DNA from: Haliotis rufescens | Lineage: Eukaryota | Length of the DNA: 64,000 nucleotides | Assembly: GCF_023055435.1 (NCBI RefSeq) | Contig: NW_025963791.1 | Location: 17,298,001 to 17,362,000, forward strand | Direction: 5' to 3' | Part shown: positions 39,413 to 50,939 of the stretch, piece by piece | How positions within the stretch are numbered: the first letter of the stretch is position 1 | How the letters are laid out: the number at the start of each line of letters is the position of its first letter | Position numbers and translations under genes: made by a program | The notes under the pieces: generated by a model | Seen by the model: the letters and a program-made list of their open reading frames with translations, nothing else | Database searches by the model: none | What the model was told of the DNA's origin: nothing

Positions 39413-41512
39413 CCCTATGTTTAACTGAACATTAAGTGTGTTTTAAGTTACTAGCCTGAAAGAAATTGTATCATCGAGGTTTCAGGCTACTGGTTATTGA
39501 AGTAGAATGAATGACCTTGAAAAAAACATGGATACATGTGCCCTGCTTGTGTCAAAGATGACAGTGAAGTTTTTCATTTATGTTACTGCAAAGAAACACT
39601 TACGGAAAAATGTGTTTGCTGAAGTTCTTGAAACTATTTTTGTGTGACTTAGTGTTCTGGTATTTAGTTCTAATGCACCAGGCATGTTGAACAGTTTGCT
39701 ACAAGTGTTAGACTACTCTAAGGTTGCCTGTATTTTTGTCCAAATGTCATATGTTTAACCTGTGAAGATGATCAATCAGAGAAGCTAAGGTATTGCAGTT
39801 TGATCTAGACACTATTTTCTAAATTTAAGGGGTTATTTTTCAATCTTTGAGCCTTCAAAGCTGTGGTAACCATGGCAATGAGGAATGTTTTTGTTGTGTT
39901 TGGAAGCTGTATCAAATCATTGATTTACCAGCTCAACTGAGCCTTCTGTTACACAAATAATTACAAGCTGCACTGTTCCTGCAATTATTAAATACTTTGG
40001 AGACTTCGTTGCTGTGAAGTGTTTTCATTGAAGCAGCTTTTAATTTAAGTCTTTGTTACGGCGACACATTGATGATCTGCATGATGAGTAAGAGGGTTAG
40101 TCAAGATTATTCAAGTGTTGGACCGAGAAAATTGAGGATGTCTGAAACTCTGAAACTGTGAGGCTGGAATTCCTGTGTTGCCCCTGAGGTGTGACTCTGG
40201 CTAAAATAGACTATGCTGTTAAACTTGCTAAAAGGATTGGCATGACTTGCATCAGTTATAACCATTATTCCCAGACAATTTTTATTGAAAACAATTAGGA
40301 TTCAGAATGATGTGAGGTATAGAATTAGATGTTAGATCTTAAGCATAATAAGACATCTCTCCCAATGCAATACAAGACTGGCAGTCTGCAGACTGAAGAG
40401 CTTTCAGTAATATGCCATGCACTTTTTGCAATGTAATTGTGGATTTTTTTCATTTTTGAGATTGTTTGGAATGTTTCGATTTCTTTAAAAGTGGTATTTT
40501 TTTATCATTTTCTAGTTTGCTCTGCTACGAATGTGTGCCAAAAGCCTCCCAACCTACCACACAATGTTTAAGAGTTACATTTGAATGATTAAGTCACAGT
40601 TTTCAATTTTAATGGACAAATCTGGAAGCAAAAGTATCGTAGCATATTCTTAAAACTCTAAATCCAACTTGCTGTTTGGCCAGTAGAAATAGTTCCAAAT
40701 TTGTAAATCACGCATGGTGGCCATTCTTGCACAAGGGTACGTTCATGAAAACTCTTCCACCGGTGCCGTCTCTGGCTAGGCGAATCTCATCTAAAATACG
40801 ATCGTTTCTGATCTGCAATTTGTAGATTATTATGGAGAAAGAGTTGTATGTATGTTCATTTAGTTTTTGTTTTGCTGTCATTCCAAAATCGTAATTTGCT
40901 CATGTTTTAAAACTTAACCCGTAATTGCCTTTTTTTCCCTCTTGATTTCTGCACGGATGCACATACATGGAGATCAATGTATTCGATTTCTGCTAGGATT
41001 TAAGTCTTTCAAAAATATGTTCAATGACTTGGAGTTGTAGATCACGGAATATGATTTTCGTGCGCTACCAAAGTGTTTAGTTTGTAAAACAAACACTCGT
41101 TTTGCCAATCGGGGATAAAAAAAATGTTACGCACTCCACCATTGTCAGCTGATGCAAAGCACCATGCAGTGATATAGGAATCGGTTATGCACAGTAAGAG
41201 ATAGCATGCAATGTTGCGTGTATGCAAATCACTGTTTCGATTGACAACTTTGGATGATTGAATAAACCAGCGTGTAAGTTTTTTATTGACATTTATATAT
41301 TTATATTATTTATACATTTATAGGTACTGTGGATAAATTTATTCAAGCAATACGACATTTGTTATTTTTGTAGGAGAAAATGAGAGTGTTAATGCAGATA
41401 AAACTATTGAAAGATCTACTCGATTTTGAATCACGCTGAATTGAATGTTGATGCGATATCTACGACAACTTTGCGAGAATATCGTGGAATCGCAGGCCTA
41501 AGTCAATCACTG

Positions 41513-41680
41513 CGTCCACATCTAGACACTTCTTTCAGTAGATATTACACACTGGTTGAAGCTGACAGCACAGACCGTCCACACCTAGACACTTCTTCCA
41601 GTAGATATGTCACACTGGTTGAAGCTGACAGCACAGCCCGTCAAGATGAAGACACTTCTTCCAGTAGATATAACACACTA
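41513..41680. repeat. 63-bp tandem repeat, about 2.7 copies
   Basis: agacacttcttccagtagata repeated. Confidence 0.85.
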
Positions 41681-41967
41681 CTCGTAGTTTTAAATTTCCC
41701 AATTCATGTTTGTACAGTTATAACTAATGTGACGGCTTGGACAAGGTGCTTGTATTTCACTGATAAGAGGACCAACAAAAAAGTCTTCAATACTTAATTC
41801 AAGATTATTGCTTTCAATGCAATGTTAAAATGCTGTGTTAAAACACCCATTACATGTTTTCCAAATTTGCTTACAGAGGGTACTTAGTTTGGAATCCTAG
41901 ATAAATCCTGATCTATTCCTGGTGATTGAATGATAACTTGATAACTAGCAGAAGCTCTGTGTTTCAG

Positions 41968-42051
41968 CCAAGGGGAGCTTGCCATCTGCTGGTACATCCT
42001 GCTGTCAGGGTCGGTGTTCATCGAGGGAGCCATGTTCCTGCCCAGAGCCAG
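41968..42051 (+). CDS. RAPGEF2: Next coding exon of RAPGEF2/6-like gene: (C)QGELAICWYILLSGSVFIEGAMFLPRA(S); not shown in the ORF track
   Basis: Acceptor tgtgtttcag|C, donor AG|gtaggt. 84 nt, phase 2 to phase 2. Joins the previous exon in frame (TG+C=Cys). CWYILLSGSVFI..MFLPR is the recalled RAPGEF2/6 signature. Confidence 0.93.
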
Positions 42052-42576
42052 GTAGGTACATGGTTATAGATACTGTTGCAGGTGTTCATCGCTGTCTACA
42101 GACCACTTGCTCCTTCCAGACAGACCTCCCACTCCTCTCAGCAGACCATTTGCAGGGATAATTCTAGGGTGGGGCCTTGTGTTTTCAGCCCCAAAATTTG
42201 AAAAAGGCCCACATTGGGGCATTTTAACATTGTGCTGTATGGGCGTACCTCTGGAATATTTGAAATTTTCACATAAAGGGCCAATGTCAGAAAATTCCTA
42301 GAGTGGAGCCTGCATTAGCTTCATGCTAGTACTCATAGCTCATGTAGCTCATGAGGAAACAACTGGACACTTCCACACATACATGGTACCAGAAAATAGA
42401 GGTCTTGGGACATTTGACAGTCACAGAAAGTTTGATTCAATCATCCAGAACACAGTTTCTTTTTCTGCAATCTCAACATTTCTCATGTATGCGAATCTAT
42501 CAAATACTGATTGCCCCATTCACACAGTGGCAGTGCCTCAGTGTTACCTACACATGTCACTGATTCAACATGGCTG

Positions 42577-42844
42577 ACCCGAGAAGATCCGGGGTAGAAT
42601 AGGCCTTCAGCAATCCTTGATTGCCGTAAAAGGTGACTATGCTTGTCGCAAGAGGCGACTAACGGAATCGGGTGATCAGACTCGCTGACTTGGTTGATGC
42701 ATGTCATCGTATCCCATTTGCGTGGGTTGATGCTCATGATGTCAATCACTGGATTGTTTGGTCCAGACTCGAATATTTACAGTCCGCCGTCATATATCTG
42801 GAATATTGCTGAGTGCGGTGTTAAACAACAAACACACTAACAAA
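42577..42844 (+). mobile_element. Family B retroposon, full length
   Basis: 11-bp TSD caacatggctg. Confidence 0.92.
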
Positions 42845-44270
42845 CAACATGGCTGGAAATGGGCCCTGCATGAAACTGTGGAGTATATGGTCTCTCTTTA
42901 CAATGGTTATTTTACATTAGACACATGAACCTGCTGATGTACAAGACTATTTCAGTTTGTGATGTCATCCTTTTACACATTTAGCATAGCTCAGTGGATA
43001 TGTGTACAGTCTTGTTCTGTGGTTCAAATCCCAACAGGGCAATGTACTACTATGTGAGAAACCATTTTGGGTATTTCCTGTCCACCAATGATTGCATAAT
43101 TGCCAAAAATGATGCACAAATTGAAGATTTTTTACTTGCTCATAATCAGAAAAAGAAGGTTCACGATGAATGCAAGGTGTTGTTAAAGGGGGATAACTCT
43201 TGTAACCTTATTGTTTCTTTGTGTCCTGTTGTGTTTATCTCCAAAATGTGTGTTGAATCATCATTGAATGAATGAAGTGGCAGTAAAATACCTTTAAATC
43301 TCTCAATTGCTGCAGTATTAATGGTTTAACAACAAAAGTTATTTAATTAATAAGCACCCATACGAGGATATTGAAACGTGCTTAATAGGCCCTATTGACC
43401 GGTAAGTTATTGATACATGTACCCGGTAGTCAAACTAATTTAAGTTGTAACATTGAGTGTAAAACAATGTCTTATCAGGTTCAGGGGTTCGTGTAGCTTC
43501 TGGTCCTTTGGCTTGTGGCCAGCAGAAACAGCAGAGGGCATGCTGGCATTTGAAGTCTGTGGCCCATGTGGATATATAACACAATTTTCAACTCTTGACA
43601 TATTTTCTCCACTTAACTTGTCAAAAGTACAGCTTATTTTTATGTGATAATACAGTTCTTTTTTTGTCATGATGAACCAAGGTAGATTTCAGCCACAACC
43701 TAATATTTATGATTCTGATCAGTTTATAAGGAAGTATATTTATAGCAAGGGTTTAACAGGTTGGGTCAGAAATGATATCAGCGGTCTCTCTCGGCTAGTG
43801 AGTTTGAATCAGTTACTCTACAATTACATCGTAAATTTATTTTTTTGAAATTAATTTTTAAAAATTTAAATCTTTATTCACTTTTCAAATTAAAATACAA
43901 TGTGTAAAATTTCAACAATTATACATTATTCAAAATCCACTCCCTTTACATCAAACATTCAAAACATATTGCAAATATAGACAATCATAAAATATGATAT
44001 CATACTAATATTCTTTGCTAGGATTGAAAAATCTGTGGAAGGAAGACCAGTAAGTTATGTATTTGTGATTTTGATTCAATGATGTTTCACAGTTTGTCCT
44101 ATCTGGTGCTGTCGGAGGTCGCATTAGTGCCATTCCAATGGGTTTTTGCCGGGTGATGGAGTGTAGGAAACTGGCATAGAGGCATCAAAACATTTATGAC
44201 ATATCTATCGGTGTGATATTGAAGAGGCATTTCATTTCTGCTGAACATACTTGTGTACTACATCATGGAA

Positions 44271-44519
44271 TACCCATGTACATCCGGGGTAGAATAGGTC
44301 TACAGCAACCCATGCTTGTCGTAAGAGGTGACTAACGGGATCGGGTGGTCAGGCTCGCTGACTTCGTTGATGCATGTCATCGTATCCCAGTTGAGTGGAT
44401 CAGTGCTCATGAAATATCAATCACTGGATTATCTGGTCCAGACTTAATTATTTACATACTGCCGTCATATAGCTGGAATATTGCTGAGTTCGGCATTAAA
44501 CAACAAACAAATAAACAAA
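44271..44519 (+). mobile_element. Family B retroposon, one-hairpin type
   Basis: TSD catggaa; AAAC tail. Confidence 0.9.
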
Positions 44520-46124
44520 CATGGAAGGACTATGGTCATGTTAAATGGGTACATGTGTTGAGCCCATGCTTGGTGTCATTGATGTAATATATTGCTTGAA
44601 TATTGCTACCGTGGTGTAAAACCCTTCTCACTCACTCACTAACTCACTCACTCACTGAAATTCATTTGACGGAAGTGTAGCTATTTACGCTTTGCATACA
44701 TTTTACTTGCATTTCCAACTGTAAAGCATATCGTGTCAGAGGAACATTTTGTTTGTTAATTTGATTAATGCACAAATTCTTTTCCATGTGTTGTTTTAAT
44801 TCTGCATGCACTTACTTGTCCTCCAGTGATAAATGTTATTCTTATAATGACGTCTTTGTAAGGACACTTGCATCAGTTTCACATTCCACAATTTATTTCC
44901 AACATGTGTTGAAAGCCACTTGATTGTGGATGCTTTGAAAAAATGGCGACCATACACTGAATAATTCTTTCATTGTTTCGACACCATGTTATTGATGTGT
45001 AGTTGTGCGAAAAGACGACCTGTCATGATGGTTCCATCCCATATTTATCAACATAAGACGGTGGAGTCGCCAGCAATCCCAAACATTAACTGATATGGGA
45101 ATTTGATAATAACAATGTCACACATGGGTTTTTATATTTGTTTGCAACACTTGAGATCTTGTTACAGGAACTCGTTTGAATTACCAAAGTGTGTTAGCAT
45201 GGCACTGAGCATGAGTCATCCGTGTCTCCAAGAGCTGACTGAACCAGGCCACCACGCTCTCGCCATGTTATGAGCCCCACGTGGGGAATATTAGCCTTGG
45301 TCCCCGGCCCCAAGGCTCTACAGAGCCTATAACCCACTCTCAACTGTCAACGCTATAGCTGTGAGATCACCTACTTCAACTTCTTGTACAAACATACATT
45401 GAAGCCCTTTCCCAAAGACATGATTATTTTTGCATTATTTTAAATGATTGTTGTGTTTGATTTACTTTTTAAGTTATGGAGGCAAGCTGATAGTCTAGGG
45501 GGATTCCTGTGGCCAAAATTAGCTGAAGAATTTGGTTGGAACTGAGACAGTTAGACTCGTAGGCTGATATGGCGGTCTTTGTGTTGGCAATTTTTGTTCA
45601 GATTTTGGTGATTCTCATTGAATTATTGCCCAGTTTATGAGTAAATATTCGTTATTGGGTGATTGAAAGTTAGACTTCTTTGAGGGGGTAATTGCATTAT
45701 GTTTGATGTGAATTGATGTTTTTTCATTTCTTTAAGAATGAATATTAATGCTATTCTTTCTCAGGATTAAGTTCAAGTAACACTGAAGGAGAGTTTGATC
45801 GGTAGCTTTATTCATAATGGTGAAAGAAATATTTGAGTGATTATTATTCGTCTCATGCAATAATCCCCTTTTTGTCATGACCTTTCGTAGTGAGAGGAGG
45901 AGAGAGAAAAATACAATATTTTCTGCCAGAATATGTTACTGCAATTATTCCTTTCTGTACAAGACTGGGGGGCATGATTTGATTGGAACTGAACATTGAT
46001 GTTGGATTCAAAATACCTAATCAATAACTGATTGTAATCAGCCTATTTATTTTGATCCATGTCACTTCTTTTTGTTGTGTCCGTTGACATCCCACAATTT
46101 CATGTTTGAATGTCATGTTGATTG

Positions 46125-46273
46125 TCATAACATGGCACTCACCAATATTCCAGCTATCTGATGGCGGTCTGTAAATAATCAAGTCCCAACCAGACAATCC
46201 AGTGATTGACATCACGAGCATCAATCTATGCAATTGGGATACAATGACATGCATCAACCAGGTCCACAAGCCT
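46125..46273 (-). mobile_element. Family B fragment
   Basis: Body match. Confidence 0.8.
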
Positions 46274-46509
46274 GTTGAACACATGTTTCTAATGTTGTAC
46301 AAGAATTTAGCCTTGTTTCACAAAGCATGCTTGAAGCGTTTTAGGTGACATTTTCTGCCAAACTATAGCTTCCACATAGAGCACTCATCCATAGGAATGG
46401 ACACACACATGTTTTAGCACTCAGAAACATGCAATTGACTATTGTTAGTTTATCTATCATTGCCTAACAAATTGACTATAATAGTCATGAAAAAATGAGG
46501 TAATCTTTG

Positions 46510-46722
46510 GACCCATGAAGATCAGGGGTTGAATAGGTCTTCAGCAACCCATGCTTGCCATAAAAGGCTGACGAGGTTGATGCATGTCATCGTATCCCAA
46601 TTGTGTGAATCGATGCTCATGATATCAATCACTGGATTGTCTGGTCCAGACACGATTATTTACAGACTGCCATGATATCGCTGAGTATTGCTGAGTGCGG
46701 CATTAAACAAAAAACAAACAAG
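46510..46722 (+). mobile_element. Family B retroposon with an internal deletion
   Basis: Head gacccatgaagatcagggg plus body and tail. Confidence 0.88.
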
Positions 46723-47794
46723 ATAGGTGTTCTTTGACTTCTTTTTAGTAGTATACATTTGATAATTGTTTGATAATCATTGTGATTTCAGAGTTGAATA
46801 GATATCCGGTGTCTGATGCTTGTGATAAAAGCCAACTCTCAGGCTGGGGGTAATTGCAATGTTGACTCAGCAGATTGTCTGTTGATGTTACATGGTTTGG
46901 TGTTCATGGTGTTCATGCTATCAACCACTGGTTTGTCCTGTCTGGACATGTGTTCAAGGAAAGACACCAATGGTCATGTCCAACTTGTCCACAGTTCACT
47001 TTGGACTTGTGATCATGTAAAATAACGAGATTTTGGGAGAAATCCGTCCATCTAGATTTTCCACTAGTTTGGGACTAAGGGACTGGTGCTGAGTCTATCC
47101 CTGGATTATTTACTGGCTAAATATTGTTGTCTAGGATGTAAAACAATGTTTGAAATAAATTACACTGACAGCATTTGAAAGTAAGGTGGATCCTGGGGTC
47201 CTTGAGGTCTCCCCCTGTTGTATTCAGGGGCCTTCTTAATCTTTAACTTTAAGGTTATGACAAGGGCACCTCGACACTCTTGCTTACTTTCGATTATTGC
47301 ACTGATCACAGCTTATTTAAAATTTTGTTTGGTGCTATTTCTTTGTAGCAGTATTGTATGTCAGGGAGTTTTTCCATTGTTATCACACTGTGTAAGTGTG
47401 AATAGTTCCTCAGTGAGTTCCCCCAGCTGTGGGTAGCGGCACCATTCTCTGTACACGCTCCACCGATTCACATGACTCACAGTACTGACACTATGTGTGA
47501 TAACTCATTTCTCAAAGGCATTTTTAGGATTGTGTTTTACACATGAAACATTTCATTTTCTTTGAGGGGGTGGGTCTTTTTTCACTATCAACAACATCTG
47601 ACTTTTTTTCAACTTTTGGAACAGTGTCCATATCTCCTGGACAGATTCTGTGTCCTTGAAGGGAGTTGTTGTGTGGTCTGACAGAGAGGGGACGTGTTGA
47701 TGAAGTGTTTCATGATGTTAACAGGGTTGTGAAGGGGTGGTTGTTGGATGTGATGGGTTTTTGTCAGGATGGAGAACTCAATACTGAAAGTTTG

Positions 47795-47948
47795 CACTTC
47801 AGCAATATTTCAGCTATATGATGGTGACCTGAAATAATTGAGTTTGGACCAGACAAACCAGTGATTGATATTATGAGCAATGTTACACACCTTTTGTGTA
47901 CTATGACACGCAATCAACAAAATCACTGACTCAGACCACCTGATCATT
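47795..47948 (-). mobile_element. Old family B fragment
   Basis: Degenerate body match. Confidence 0.7.
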
Positions 47949-47961
47949 TTCGTTGAACTGT

Positions 47962-48249
47962 TGGTTGGTTGCGATATCACGGCAGTCTGTAAATAATCGT
48001 GTCTGGACCAGACAATCCAGCAATATTCCAGCTATATGATCTGTCAAACAGATCGAGTCTGGACCAGACAATCCAGTGATTAATATCATGAGTATCGATC
48101 CACGCAATTGGGATTGATGACATGCATCAACCAAGTCAGCGAGCCTGACCACCCGATCCCGTTAGTCGCCTTTTACGACAAGCAAAGTCACCTTTTACGG
48201 CAAGTATGGGTTGTTGAAGACCTATTCTACCCCGGAATCTTCACGGGTC
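47962..48249 (-). mobile_element. Family B retroposon with a rearranged or duplicated 3' part
   Basis: TSD tcgttgaa(c/t)tgt. Confidence 0.88.
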
Positions 48250-48469
48250 TCGTTGAATTGTACAGCAAGTGTTGACTGTCTCTTCTAGGCCAGAATTTCC
48301 TGGGAAATTTAAGTTAATCATCATGGATGTTTTTTCCAAATGAGAACAAGATATAATTTCATTATATTGAGATTATAACAAGCAATAGCCTCATTGTATT
48401 TTCCGATTTAGTGTATTGAGCTCCCTTGGTGTTAAACTAAATCACTGGCCAATCAAGCGACACCAAAAC

Positions 48470-48675
48470 CTGGTCATGAAAGGCGACTAAGTTGATTAGG
48501 TCATTAGGCTCAGTAAATCGCATGTCATCGCATCCCTATTGTGTGGATCGATGCTCATGATGTCAATCTCTGGATTGTCTGGTCCAGAATCGATTATGTA
48601 CCGACCGCTGTCATATAGCTGGAATATTGCTGGAATATTTCTGAGTGTGGTGTTAAAAACAAACAAACAATCATC
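48470..48675 (+). mobile_element. Family B partial copy
   Basis: aggcgactaa plus body and tail. Confidence 0.8.
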
Positions 48676-49159
48676 AACCAAGTCCTAAATGATGTGATGT
48701 GGTTGTGATGTCCCCATGTGACATTGACCTCAGTGGCCGTGTCAGTGTTGTGTTAGTGGTACTCCCTCACAGTGGTTTTCCCTCATGAAATAATGTTTCA
48801 AATTTAGTTCACTTGGGACAGATAATCTGTAATTCCTCATAGCTAGAAGCTTGTTAACTGACTAAAGCACATATTCCTTGAGGTCCCCGTCATGTTGTCT
48901 TCTGTGAAAATGCTCACTTATGTATATTTAGGGTTATTGGTGGGTTTATTAAACAAACGGGAAGAGAGTATGCATGACGGAGGTTGATAAGACCTTCCCC
49001 AACATTATGGTGGAGATGTCCTGATTTTAGGACATTGTTGCACTACCCTAGACTTTTTTCTTATTACTGCATCGGAAGACACTACACGCGCACAGCAACC
49101 ACACAACTACCTTTTGTGAGTGATGATTTTATGGTATCTATGTGAAACATTAAAGTTAT

Positions 49160-49403
49160 ATAGACATGTGAAGATCAGGGGTAGAAGAGGTTTTCACCTA
49201 CCCCTGCTTGTCGTAAGAGGCAACGAACGGGATTGGGTGGTCAGGCTCGCTGGCTTGGTTGATGCATGTCATTGTACATCCTGATTGCATGGATCGATGT
49301 TCATGTCAATCACTGGATTGTCTGGTCCAGACTCAATTATTTACAGACCGCTGTCATATAGCTGGATTATTGCTTTAAACAACAAACAAAACAAAAACAA
49401 AAA
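49160..49403 (+). mobile_element. Family B retroposon
   Basis: Head, hairpin, body and AAAC tail. Confidence 0.88.
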
Positions 49404-50549
49404 CATATATCTTACCAATTGGGCAACCTTGCACTGATTTTTGCAAGAAATGAAAAGTTAAGGAACATATGCAAGGAAGTGGTTTCACCTTAGTTGTCAA
49501 TCTTCCCTTCAGTGTATGGTGATAGGTTTTATTTGAGTGTGGGTGAGGGTGAACGGTCTCTCCATGGCATGTACATGTAGCTTGCATCTACAGAGGCCTG
49601 GGTAGCCTGGTCAGGCTCAGTTTGTGCAGGAAATGTTCAGGTACTGTTACATGTGGTACACACAGATCACTTCTGCCCATTTCCTGGCCGTGTTTGTGTG
49701 TGCCGTACCCCTGTGGGGGGCCCGGTCCACATGTACATGGCTAGTGCCGCTGATCCAGGGATGAGGGGAGTCTCACCTTAAGGCTTGTGTCTCCTCCAGT
49801 GTCTCACTGGAGGGAGGGGGTGCTCCACGAGCAGTGGATGGTCATTTAGTGTACAGCCTGACAAGATGACATCGAAGCTTGCTGTCTACCTTTTCTGAAA
49901 ACAGTTGCTTCCACTGAGCCTATTTATTGAGCATCATTTGATTGTTTGTCAGGTAGTTTTGTATGGATTCCCTAGGCAAGTGGTAAAATGGTACATAGGC
50001 CATGCCATGTGCATGAAGTATGTCATACATGTAAATGAAATGTGTCATGGCATGTCAATGTCATGAGGCATTAATATATATATGCATAAATGTAACTATA
50101 TATATCTTGATACAACTAATGTTAATTGATTCATTGTGGTATCATCAACCATATTTGCTGTAATTTGCACCTTGAGCACTTAAAAACTGACAAAAGGGGG
50201 GCTTGTTAAAACCATACACGAGTTAAATATATTTTCAGAGATGAAGCAGTAGTGAACATACTGAGTTCGATGAAACTAAAACTTTCTCACAAATAGTTAC
50301 ATGCAAGGTATTTTTTACTCCTTTTACTCTTCTGTTTTCTTTTCAAAATCCATACTATACACAAAAAATATGAAATAGTCATATAAAGTTTTGGCCTCAG
50401 TAGGGAATTTTGGGGAAGCACTTATTGGAGTGGGGTGCTAAAATATATGCATTTTGAGCTTTGTGTTTAAAGCGACAACAGTCCATTTCCCCCACGTGGG
50501 TAAAATATATGACATCCATTCTTGGTGCCTTGCCTTTTACATGGCTGGA

Positions 50550-50683
50550 NNNNNNNNNNNNNNNNNNNNNNNNNNNNNNNNNNNNNNNNNNNNNNNNNNN
50601 NNNNNNNNNNNNNNNNNNNNNNNNNNNNNNNNNNNNNNNNNNNNNNNNNNNNNNNNNNNNNNNNNNNNNNNNNNNNNNNNNNN
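50550..50683. other. Assembly gap (N run)
   Basis: Run of N. Confidence 1.
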
Positions 50684-50895
50684 GGCCAAGCATGATACAG
50701 AAGTGCAGTGATTGAACATGGTGTAGTCTATGTGTAGACAACACATTAAACTGGTAACTGTGGCATCACACCTTGTCAGTTCTTCGTCACTCTCACAATA
50801 CACAGCAATTATAAAGAAGGAAAAACCAATAGGAGAACAGTAGCAAACAATACTGTCACATGTTGTCAACATCGGACATTGAGCCCTGGACCTAG

Positions 50896-50939
50896 CCTGA
50901 CATCCCTGGCCTGACATCCCTGGCCTGACATCCCTGGCC
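50896..50939. repeat. 14-bp tandem repeat, 3 copies
   Basis: cctgacatccctgg. Confidence 0.85.

Noticed and set aside
41426-41797. 123-aa ORF with a 21-aa repeat
   Set aside because: Driven by the 63-bp tandem repeat and lacks a true ATG start.
44271-44345. Canonical HDV-like fold for the family B head (GACUAA resembles J4/2)
   Set aside because: Could not build P1 or a normal P3/L3 by eye; left as an unclassified structure.
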